From contig OY986948.1 of the NCBI GenBank assembly GCA_963920595.1, positions 930,001 to 994,000 on the forward strand: 64,000 nucleotides of DNA, in the 5' to 3' direction. Positions 12,833-24,693 of the stretch are shown here, piece after piece. Numbering within the stretch: position 1 is the first letter of the stretch; the number at the start of each line of letters is the position of its first letter. This DNA comes from Eimeria praecox (taxonomy: Eukaryota). The notes beneath the pieces were generated by a model. That model was not told where the DNA came from, did no database searches, and saw nothing but the letters and a program-made list of their open reading frames with translations. A program made the position numbers and the translations under genes.

Positions 12833-13241
12833 TGTGTGTTAGCCTCAGACCAAGGCAGATCTCCCCTCTGCTGCAATTGAATTTCGGTGTCTTTGTATGT
12901 TTGTTTGTTTATTATTATATTATTTTAATTTAATTATTTCAGTTTAATTGAGTTAGTTTAGTTCTTTTTATTTTATTGTTTTTAGATTAACTAATTGTAC
13001 GTTTGTTATGTTTGTTATGCTTATCTAAGCCTCTTTCAATTCTGCTGCTGCTGCAGCAGCATGATTCTACACAAGTAGATGTTTGCTGCTGTTGCTGCTG
13101 CTGCTGTTGCTGCTGCTGCTGTTGCAGTTGCTGCGGTGTCAGTGTCTGACGATACAGCCGAGAAGGGATATCATATTTATTTTCTGTGTTAAGTGCATGG
13201 ATAGAACAACTAAATATTAACACACTAGGAGGCCTCTCTCT

Positions 13242-13314
<73 letters not shown>

Positions 13315-13565
13315 GTCTCCTCCCCTCCTTCCTCCTCTCTCTTTCTTTCTCTGTCTCTGTCTCTATTCTCTGTTTCTTAGAAGACAGCAGCAGCAGCAGC
13401 AGCATTGTCTGCTGCAGTTAACAGCAGACTTGTGCTGCGCTCATAGAGTGGAGGGGAAGAGGGGGGGAGGTGTACAGGGGTTGATGTGGCTGTCTTCTAT
13501 TAAATAAGTAGATAAGACAAATCTAAAAGAAACAAATTCTCTGCTGCGGTTGTATGACCTTCATT

Positions 13566-13596
<31 letters not shown>

Positions 13597-14110
13597 AGCA
13601 GCAGCAGCAGCAGCAGCAGAGGGAGCAGCAGCAGGAGAGGTAGATAGGGATAGGGAGATGCTGTCTGTTTTCTCCTTTCGTAGTAGTTATTGGTATTATA
13701 GTTTTATTATTAATTAATATATTATTATATTAAAACAAAAAATCAAACAGGATTAAGGTTTATAGATATTCACAACAGCTGCATATACACCCCGTTGTAT
13801 GCGAGTCGCAGGGAGAACGACAGCAGTTTATATGTGTTTATTGCAACCCCACCATTATTTTTGAATTAAAATATATTATTTAATAATAATAATAAAAATA
13901 TTTAATAAATATAAAGTGTATAATATATAATATTTATCAAATTGATACTCCTTCCCTCTGCTGAGGTGTCTATAGCAATCTACCGTAGTTAACTTGGGGT
14001 GTATGTACAGCTAATTATAAGTATAGAAGTATCTGAAATAATTTGTTTACAAGTGTTTTATTGTTTATTTTTTTAATATTTTATGTATTTTGTGTTGTTA
14101 TTCTTATATA

Positions 14111-14283
14111 ATGTCCCCCTCTAATCGATTACAAACACTACAACAACAGATACAGCGAGCCAAAGACATAGCTAGCTCGTTATCTGCTGCTGATAGAAAC
14201 AAAATTCTGTCTTCTTTTCGAGAAGGTTTATTGATGAATGAGGAGAACATACTTAAGGCAAATAAAGCTGATCTAGAGGTCTG

Positions 14284-14376
<93 letters not shown>

Positions 14377-14396
14377 TGCTTCTCTATATTATATTA

Positions 14397-14427
<31 letters not shown>

Positions 14428-14776
14428 TCTCTCTTTAGAAGCCAACAGACCTAATCCCTTACAAAGAGCCTCGTCTTCTATCATTGTAATGGCTTCCTTT
14501 AGATATATGCATGCATGCATGCATGCATGTATGTATGTATCTATTTCTGCATGCGTACATGATCTTGGGGCTTGATTGCTGCAGGCAGCAACCAACAACG
14601 CCAGCCTATCCCCCGCGTTGTTGAAAAGACTTGTCTTAGATGCGCGGAGGCTACAATCTCTTGTTGCTTCTATCGACGCCCTCATAGCGGCCCCAAGCCC
14701 GCTAGGCAAATGTACACTGGCTAGAGAGCTTACCCCAGGTATATACTACTGCAGCAGCAGCAGCAGCAGCAGCTGC

Positions 14777-14826
<50 letters not shown>

Positions 14827-15038
14827 ATGGGGATGAGGAGGAGGAGGAGGTTGTTGCTGATGTTGCTGCTGCTTAGGATGATGATGATGTTGCTGCTGCT
14901 GGTGCTGCTGCAGCACTTGCTGCTGCTGCTGCTGTTGCTGTATTCCTGTATGCCGCTCCTTCTTGTGCCTCTGCTTTGTTTCTCATGCGTTTAAGTTTGG
15001 ATGCTGTATCTCCAGCAATAAATAAATAAATAAATATG

Positions 15039-15113
<75 letters not shown>

Positions 15114-15232
15114 TCAGGGCTAAACCTGTATCGAGTGACAGTTCCTCTTGGGGCGATATTAATTATCTTCGAAGGTCGGCCCGAGGCATTCGTTCAAATT
15201 GCAGCTTTAGGACTCAAGTCAGGAAACGTGAG

Positions 15233-15264
<32 letters not shown>

Positions 15265-15273
15265 TGCTGTTGC

Positions 15274-15304
<31 letters not shown>

Positions 15305-15789
15305 ACTGGTGCTGCTGGTGCTGCTACTGCTGTTGCTGCTGCTGCATTTCGGTCTCTGTGCAGATATGGCACGGGGCTCTGAAGAGACACCAATATCATT
15401 TGTAAAGTTTTACCTATCTCTGTCTCTGTCTCTGTCTCTGTCTGTCTGTCTCTGTCTGTCTGTCTATCTCTGTCTTTGTCTCTGTCTGTCTCTGTCTGTC
15501 TCTATCTCAGTCTCTGTCTCTGTCTCTGTCTGTCTCTGTCTCTGTCTGTCTCTGTCTCTGTCTGTCTCTGTATGTCTGTCTCTTCGTATTTGTCTCTGTT
15601 TATCTGTCTCTGTCTCTGTCTCTGTCTGCCTGTCCCTGTCTCTATCTGTCTGTTTATGTGTACGTGTGTGTCTGTCTGTCTGTCTCTCTCTGTGTGTGTC
15701 TATCTGTGTTTGAGTTTATCCATATATTAATATCTATCGATTATTGTATTTGTTTAGGTTTTCTTCTTGTTTGATTGCATGCGATTCTG

Positions 15790-15851
<62 letters not shown>

Positions 15852-16900
15852 TTATTTATCAGGTATGTTTGCTTAAAGGAGGGAAGGAGTGTCACCAAAC
15901 AAACTCAGCATTATATGAAGCATACTTGTGGGGCATTCGTTCAATCCTGAATCTTCATATGTCTACTTATATATCTGCGGTGTCTGTACACGATAGAGAG
16001 GGTTTATCTTCTTTATTATTACTGATAGAATCAAGAGAAGAGACACAAGAGCTCTTGCAGCTCCATGATTCTATCGATCTTGTTATCCCGAGAGGCAGTA
16101 AACAACTCGTTAACTTCGTATCTAATAATACTCGCATACCTGTTATGGGGCATGCCGAGGGTGTATGTACAGCTTATGCTGATGCTGATTGTTGTATAAC
16201 ACAGCAACGGCTACAGCAATGTATAAATATATTAAAGGATAGTAAACTACAATATGTAGGTGCCTGCAATGCTTTAGAAGTTTTATTAGTACATGAAGAT
16301 GCTGCAGGTAGATTGTTGCCACTTTTAGGCCAAACACTATCTGTCGAAGGCGTTCGATTCCGGGCAGATGAGAAAGCAGAAACTTTCTTACCTTCTGATA
16401 AAACACAACGTGCAATAGAAGAAGATTTCAGAACAGAATGGTTAGCCCCAATATTATCTGTAAAAGTTGTTAAAACCATTCATGAGGCTATAAATAATAT
16501 AAATACATTTGGATCGCATCATACAGATCTCATTCTCTCTTTCTCTCCTTCTAATGTTGAAATGTTTATGCGAGGGGTAGGTAGTGCTGATGTCTTCTGT
16601 AATTGCAGTACGAGATTTGCTGATGGATTTAGATTTGGATTTCAAGCAGAAGTGGGAATAGCTACAGGTAAAACGCATGCAAGAGGACCTGTAGGGATAG
16701 AAGGTCTTTGTACGTATGCTTATAGATTATACGGAAGAGGCCACACTGTTGAATCCATCGAGTCAGAGGCTGCAGGAGCCTCATCAGGATATACACATAA
16801 ACCTATACTACTCGGAGAACCATCTAACCTATCAAATCATGCTGTACCGACAGAACAAGATATTGATGCCTATGAATGCAGGAGATTGCTAGCACAGTAA
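14111..16900 (+). CDS. proA: Gamma-glutamyl phosphate reductase (glutamate-5-semialdehyde dehydrogenase); exons 14111-14278, 14585-14738, 15118-15227, 15863-16900
   Basis: Motifs [68 protein letters not shown] (catalytic Cys), [39 protein letters not shown]. The GT-AG introns keep the frame. Confidence 0.95.
14508..14529. repeat. (TGCA)n / TGCATGCA palindromic run in proA intron 1
   Basis: atgcatgcatgcatgcatgcatg; TGCATGCA is a known over-represented Eimeria motif. Confidence 0.8.
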
Positions 16901-16917
16901 ACAAACGCTTTCTTACA

Positions 16918-16966
<49 letters not shown>

Positions 16967-18134
16967 CTCTCTAGCTCTGTAGACAACAGAGCGGAGGGAT
17001 TATGCCGGTGTTGCAATACTATCATTGTGGTTTTTTTTATATTTTCTAATAACCTAAATACCTTCTGAAGGCTTTCTTCTTCATGGGAGAGTGACGTATA
17101 CATCATACTCATACTCATACTCATAATATACTCATACTCATATCACAACATCATCAAGACTGCAGTAGTGTGTAGCTGTACGCCCAGGTAGCTTACAGCA
17201 GAGGCTAACAAACAGTTGTATACTTTAAGTAGGACCTTAAAATATTTAAAATATTCGAACAATATCATATATCTGCTCAGAATTGTTTGAGAGGAAGACA
17301 ATGAGCTAGCGATCATTCGACAAGAACGTGAAAGTGCTGCAACAATGCCTCCGTCCTCCTCGCGAAACCCGACGTTTCTGGTCCTTTTATGCCATGAAAT
17401 GCAGTTGTTTTAGATGTTTTTATCTATAAATAATAAATAGTTGCACATTTAAAGCGAAAATACAATAAATCTGCGGCCTTTGAAGGACCAAACAGCCATA
17501 CAAACAAGCGGAGGACACCGGTGGTTGTGTAGTGACCTCCGTTCCATTCGTGAAACAGCAGGTGTTTTTCGAGCAATTTTTGCATAATTAACACAAATTA
17601 TTTGTATATATCAATATTAATTGATATTTTCTCTCTTAAAAGAGGTAAAATTCAACCTTTTTCGCTCATTTATTGTCGCAAGATGCTCGCTGGCTGTGTC
17701 TTCAGGACCAATGGAAAGGATGGCTTGGCAGCCCTCCGCCGCCATCAGCCCGACGTGAGGCTTGCTGCAATCGTATGCTTGCAGACCATAGTCTTTATCA
17801 GTTTATTAAATATATCACTTTATTTTATTTACGTATTTTGATTTAAATCGCACAATCCAGTTGAAATTGAATATCCTCGGCCACTGACTTTTTTTGGCTG
17901 CCTTAGAAGAGGTCTTTTGAAACCAGCACCAGCGTAAGCATAACTTTCTTCTCTGTTGTTCTTCTCTCTCTAAATTAATAAAAATTGTGTTTTCTAATGT
18001 TATTTTATGATGTATTTCACGGCTTTCAGCTAGCTATAGTGACTGAGTGTCCGCGGGGTTTCGTTCTTGTGTTTGTTTCTTCGTTTTATTTGTAGCTTGT
18101 TTGTGTTTCCTTGAATAATTGAAATTTCAGAAAA

Positions 18135-18792
18135 ATGGATTATCCAATGCTTGCTGCTATTGCTAGCCAACAAGATCGTAGACTTCCGGTGTTTATTCCT
18201 CGTTTGATGGATTATCCTCCGATCTACTGCCCTCCTCCTCAATATCTACCGCAGCAAATATACAGAGCTCCGCCCAAAGCCCCAGTCAATCGGCTTATCA
18301 ATACTAAAATGTGTAGCCGATACCTCTCAAAGGGTTACTGCAGAAAGAGAGACTGCACTTTCGCTCACTCGGTCGTAAGCCCCCCCCCTCCCCCCCCCCG
18401 GCCGTGTTCTATCGTAGCTTGATTCAACATTCTTTGGCAGGTGTCAGCCAGCAATACGGGAACGCAAATAAACACAGATAGCACAGCACACCTCTTCTTC
18501 TTCTTCAAATTATACAATTTAAATGGATTATTGTATTTACAGGAGGAGCTAAGGCCTACCCCAGATCTTCGTTGTACGAAGTGGTGTCGTTTTGTTTTTT
18601 TTGGTCTCGAATGTAATGACGCCCGTTGTCCTTATGCGCATTCTGAAGAAGAACTTCAACCCCAACCTCCCGAATTCAAAACAACCCTTTGCAGATTTGC
18701 AAAGCGAGGGAAATGTTTAAATGGAGATAACTGCAGGTACGATACTCTTCTCCCCCTGTCGATTTAGATGTGTTCATGGTCTATGAGTTTCT

Positions 18793-18882
<90 letters not shown>

Positions 18883-18947
18883 AAACTCATAGACCATGAA
18901 CACATATATCTATATCTATATCTATATCTATATCTATATCTATATCT

Positions 18948-18997
<50 letters not shown>

Positions 18998-19260
18998 TAA
19001 ATATATATTATATATATATATATACTATGTTGCATTCATTTCCTTTCAGATTCCTGCATCCTCATGAAGCCAGGGCCTCCAGCTACCGACGCCCCGATCG
19101 ATTTCAACAAAGAGTTAGTCGTATCAACAGTCGCCCTGCAGAAGATTTGGCTGTACAGACAGCGGAAGAAGAAGCAAGAGATGTATTGGCCCCTCCGGAT
19201 GCCGAAATTCAAGAAGAGGAAATATGTTTGACGCCGACTCCAACTACGACACCCGAAGCC

Positions 19261-19293
<33 letters not shown>

Positions 19294-19602
19294 GCTGTAG
19301 CAGCAGCTGCAGCAGCAGTTCCAACGCTTACCCCAAGCCCCGAAACTCCTCGTGTTGTCAACAGAACACGGGCTCTTGTATGCAGTCCTTGTGTCGTTGT
19401 AAATGACACCTCAGCAGCAGAAGAAACAGAAGAAGAATATGAAGAATCGTCTAGTTCAACAAACCCACGTACAAGCCGCAAAGCTACAACTCTCGTTCCA
19501 AATACGCTATCTCGTGATTCAACTCGAGATGAGCTACATGGATCTGTTGAACGAATCATGACAGCAGCAGGCACTTTAGGTTTAGCTGACGAACCGAATT
19601 GA
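18135..19602 (+). CDS. Tandem CCCH zinc-finger protein (3 fingers), likely RNA-binding; exons 18135-18374, 18543-18736, 19050-19602
   Basis: Fingers [44 protein letters not shown] and [23 protein letters not shown], with EELR/EELQ linkers. GT-AG introns are in frame. Confidence 0.9.
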
Positions 19603-19662
19603 GACGAAGTGTTTTGGATATTAAGTTTTTGGTTCGCTGTGTGGCCGGAAGCATCAATCTCA

Positions 19663-19692
19663 TAAACCCTAAACCCTAAACCCTAAACCCTT
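19663..19692. repeat. Short (TAAACCC)n array just downstream of the CCCH gene
   Basis: About 4 heptamers. Confidence 0.85.
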
Positions 19693-20502
19693 AATCCTCA
19701 GTCGGCTATACATGTGAACCAGGCCTCACGAAAATACAGAATCGAGGAATACAACTAGCTATGAGCTGCAGCTGCAGCTGATAGGAAGGGGTGCTGCTGC
19801 TGTTGCTGCTGCTGCAGCAGCAACAGCAGCAGCACCCCTTCCCATCGAAGGAGGCTGTTTGCTGCCTTCTCCGTGGCTATTTGTGTTTAAGTTGTTATCG
19901 TCTGTAGCGCTTTCGTTTCTGCTGAAGTGCCGTAGACTTCACACAACAAACAATCGTTTCTACTTAATTCGATTTGGGGCAAATGTCTGTCTGTCGCTGC
20001 AGTCGATACTATACATACATTATATCTATCTATATATCTATATCTATATCTATAAATCTATATATCTATATATAGATCTCTATATATAGATATATAGATA
20101 GATAGGTATAGATAGATAGATATAGATCTATAGATATATATCTATCTATATCTATAGATATAGATAGATATATAAAGATAAATATATAGACAGATAGATA
20201 GATAATTCTAAATACTTCTATGTATGGATATCTATCTATCTATCTATATATATATATATATATATATATATTAGTGCTAATCGGATTTCTTTCTAGTAAT
20301 AGTATATATATAGTAATGCCTCACTAGTATAAGCTCACTACATAACAAGTGATAGAGAGAATATGAATGAATTAAAGTACGCAGTAGAAACAAATCGTTG
20401 GCAGTTTGTTCGGTGGGCATCGACATCTCCTCCTCCTCGGGTTTAGTTTATTGTAAACGAAGTAAACCCTCAAACAAATGCCTCCTAATAAAAACAGGTA
20501 GT

Positions 20503-21643
20503 TCAAGCATAACGAGGAGGGGCTCTATCTCCCCTCTCCCCTCCAACACGGGTTTCTCCAGCTCTTTCTCCCATAGGACGACCTCTGGGTCTTCCCATAC
20601 CCTGAAGGAAGTATAGCAAGCCAACATACAATATCTGCATATATAATATCTATAAAATATAATAATAAAGATACTAATAAATATATAATATTTAGGATTA
20701 TATATAACACATCTTAACGAATATAGAATATATAACTTACGCCTCTCCAGTTCTCTGTTTCCCCTGCAGCTTCACCCTCTGGTCCTGGGCGTTGTGCTCG
20801 TGTTGTAGTTTTTTTTGTGAGTGTTGCTGGGAATACAGTTGGGGGTAATCGAAGATAATCTCTTAGATATTCCATTCCTTCATTCTTGAGGGTATAATAA
20901 TTATGCTGCCAATTAAACATCTCCTCGCAGAAATCTTTAGATTTTAGTGTCTTCATCGCCATCATCACATGTAAATTCGGTACTGGGATGTCGGGATGCC
21001 TCTCTAATTTGGGGTTCTTCTGAACCACCAGGACGCCCTCTGTAATCACAAACAAGAAGAGCACAATATTATATTTATTTATATATTTATTTATTTATTT
21101 TCTACCCTAAATTTCCCTCAGATGCAATATACAACAGCAACCACCCGTACTCATCTATCGATACATATACGTCATTCACAAACTAGAAGAATAAACAAAC
21201 AACAAGAAGATTTCGGAGGTCATACAAACACAAACTACTTCTTGATTGCTTCTGTTTGATATAGAAAGGAGAAACCCACACACACCGATACAGACAATAC
21301 GAAACAAACAACAACATGTGGTATGACGTGTTACCCCGAGGCCACTTGCTGGCCCATCTTTAAACTTTATCGTATATTTTCTCAATTTAAAATATCAATA
21401 ATGTGGAATTTCAATCTAAATACGATCACAAACGACTCCGATAAAACCCAGTATGGGGCTGAACAGACCCCACGTATCTGCCGCTGAGGTGTGGCTGCCG
21501 AGGCGATAAGGGGAATATATAAAGTGGAAATTATGTATAAAAACCCTGTATAATGAATATTTATTCTCACCCTTGAAGAGATATTCATAAATCATCCGGC
21601 GATTCTTCTTGGGAATCAGACTCGGCTTGATGCCCACCGTCAT
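20503..21643 (-). CDS. RPS10: 40S ribosomal protein S10 (eS10); exons 21643-21571, 21039-20741, 20601-20503
   Basis: LIPKKNRRMIYEYLFKEGVLVVQK..HPDIPVPNLHVMMAMKTLKSK..EMFNWQHNYYTLKNEGMEYLRDYLRLP..PATL, followed by an RG-rich tail. Canonical splice sites. Confidence 0.96.
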
Positions 21644-24600
21644 CTTGGCTGCAGGTACAGGAGAGGGAGGCAACAGCCTAGCAGTGGTAAACAAACCAAA
21701 CAAAAAGAAATACCCTTCAAGCGTCCATTGGCTACGGTGAAGACTTCCAAAACCATTTTCACAGATCCTTTATCCCCTTCCCCGCAGCCCCCCTGTGCAC
21801 TGGCAGTGCCCATGCAGCCCCGCAGCAGCCCCACCCCGTCATGATAGATTGCGTCGGCTTCCCCTTCTACTCCTACTCTTCGTATCGTTTTAAAGTTTTT
21901 ATTATCATTATTTATATGAATTACACCTATAGCCATTTTAATGGACCTGATAAACTAATTCAATACGACCGTACAGGCGAAGCAGAGCCCCACACCAGCC
22001 GGCGGAACAGCACTTACGACAATGTGGTGTGTGTAGCCTGATCTGTCTGGTCTTAGAAGGCGCATTTCTTCTTGTTTCTATGCTATCTTCTGTAAATTAA
22101 GTAAGCGTTTAACAATTGTCTACAATTCACACGCACTTCTGCTTGAGTACAGGCCGCTTACTAAGGGCCAAGTGACAGTTTAACAATCTAACAACCGACT
22201 GTTTAACAATACGAATGGTTGCCTACAATGTTAGCGCATGCAGCGAAGTGTGAATTGGCCGCATCATGAAAGTCGTCTAGATTAGTAGAGGACCTTCATG
22301 GGTTGGAATGCAGTCAAGTGCTCTTACAGAGAGCTCGTAAGAAGTAGCTGGCATCCTAATCAGCTTCTTTGCCTCCTGGACATAGCAGCCCGAATGTCTG
22401 GAGTTGCTGGACAATGACGTGTCGTGGGCTTCATCCCCCCCCATCTTAAGCTATTGATGCAAAACATCCCCACATGAGCGCACAAGCGCTTCCTTTGCGA
22501 AATGCGCTTACCTTTTATACTGTAGCTTCGGGTGCTGTTTAGCACTAACTTTGCCCACGATAGTGAGCCTGTGAGCAAGTAGGGATGCGAGTACAAACAC
22601 CAGACAGATCACCTACGGGTTGCGCCCGTGCGGTGCGGTTGTTTTGTAGCACCAGTTGCAGTAAGGCGCATTATATCTAATGACAGGCCGTCCAGGAGGC
22701 GCGGAGGCTCTATATTAGCTTAGCGGCTGTTTGTTCACATGTTAGACTCCACTGCAGCTCGCGACAATCTCAGCTAGGGCTAGGCACTACACTTGGGTGC
22801 ATCGGATGGGTCATTGCAGCAGGAGCGAGCACCGACAGTTACCTACACAGCAGGGCGGCTTGGCGCACTGCAGTGATTAGCAATACACTCCTTTGAGAAA
22901 AAATATTTACAGAAAATATCTCGAGGCTAAAGAGGAGGTCAGCCTCTTTTTCCGCACTCTCTATTTAAGTGTTTGGCTCTATCTCAGGGCGCGGGGGTCC
23001 TCGTTTAAGGCTTAGGATTGCCATTACACACCATGCTAAGGAGAAGAGAATGCTCTTGTGCCCACTTTCGACAACCGATGCTGCATGCTGAAGACAGTTC
23101 CCTCGATTTTGTTCACTTCTGCTGTTCCTCTTGTGTCACTTGAATATAATACCCGAAAACAGCATCCCTCGGAGGACGTTCACAGCGGAATGTATGCATT
23201 TCCCCATCGGTTCTTGCAGTGCCGCTGCGCTACGGAGAATCCCGTCGCTGATCCTCCTTGAAATACTGATGCCACTCCTATTGCAGTACAGGATGTAAAC
23301 ACTGTTGCGTGAGCTGCGATATATGCCATCTCCCGCATATCCCGACATATACACCTCAACATCTTTCTCTGGAGACTCCATGCGCGCCATCCCTTGAATC
23401 GCCCGCAGCAGGTTATGGTTAATTGATTCAACAAGTAGAATTCCAATTCCACAGTAGTTTTACTCATTTCTGAATAGAGGTTGCATTTTGTACTCATAGC
23501 TTTACCTATTGTTTTGTCCAGCATGGCACCTTCGAAGCGCTGTCTAAAACAACGCTAGCAAGTGGTATAGAAGGTTGCATATCCTGGATTTCGTTTCTTC
23601 TGTTAGATCCACACTTCGCCGCCTGCGCCAAGAAGCCCTGAGCCCTGGTAAATCTCGATAACCACTGAGTTAACTAAACGAAGGCCTGCTGATGCGTCTG
23701 TTATCTCGTTCGCCTCCATCACTGCAGAGCACGTAGCGTGTGGGCCCGGGCGTCTCCTTGATTATTGCGCTTATTCCTTCGGCAGCACTGCTTGGAATCT
23801 TGTCTCTTCAGTTCCTTAATATTTTTGTGAGTCTATAATGCTTGATTATGGGGACTTGCTTACTGGAAAAGAAGCACATACGCTGCTCTATTCGTCTTCC
23901 TTGCTGCGTTGGTGGTGGGTGCGCTGGCTCTTGTGGATTAAAGCTTTTAATGCCTTTCAGGGCTGATGTGATATTCGCATCCCATATATACATAGTCTCT
24001 AAAGCTGGGTAGTTCTCAAACCCATTTTTACCCTCTTTAGCTAGGGCTGTGGAAGGTGTTTTTTTCTCACCCGAAGGTACTCCACCATCTCAACGCGTAA
24101 TCTACCATCTCGAGGAGCTCAAATATTTCAGCCCTTGGTTCCCTATCTGCGGCCCAACCAGTTAGCGACTGCCTCTGTCAGCGGGAAAGAACTGCTATAA
24201 ACCAATCATGTAGGAGCTCCCAGTCCACTACTGGACTTTTGCTCGCCAGTGACTGATACCTCTCCAAGTAGCGTTACTGCGGCCGCTCCCCTCACTTTAC
24301 GCTGCTCACTCTCGCCACATCCTGTTCCTTTGCACACCTGGGGATAAGCTTGCATCGCAGAGCATCCAAGAAAGCTTACGCGACTCTGGTGCCCCACGAA
24401 AGCAGAACCTTTGTACAAATGGTGCCACTATCGTCGAGATTCCCGATAGTTGGCTGCCTCCCCACCCGATGGCAGGCCCTGGACAGTATCCTCTATGCAA
24501 AATGAACTGTTCGATGCTTCGACAAGGCTTCCACCCAAAATGTTTTGGGGTTCTTGGTAGTTTTCTTTTCTTCACCAGCTATTGCTACGTGCCAAGCCTC

Positions 24601-24693
24601 CCTTTTGTGGAAGGTGGCGTTCATTGTTCGCACCTGCCCCTGTGAAATATGCAGTGTTATCAAGTGCAGCGGGAATACTGGATCTTAGTGAGG

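Noticed and set aside
1..15730. Dozens of overlapping poly-L/C/A/Q/S, YIYI and RDRQ ORFs in the ORF track
   Set aside because: They are stop-free frames of CAG/CTG, TA and AGAC microsatellites, and lie in introns or antisense to real exons.
14111..16900. Recent horizontal transfer of a bacterial-type stand-alone proA
   Set aside because: It has three spliceosomal introns, and its AT bias is shared by the native RPS10 gene, so the composition is regional.
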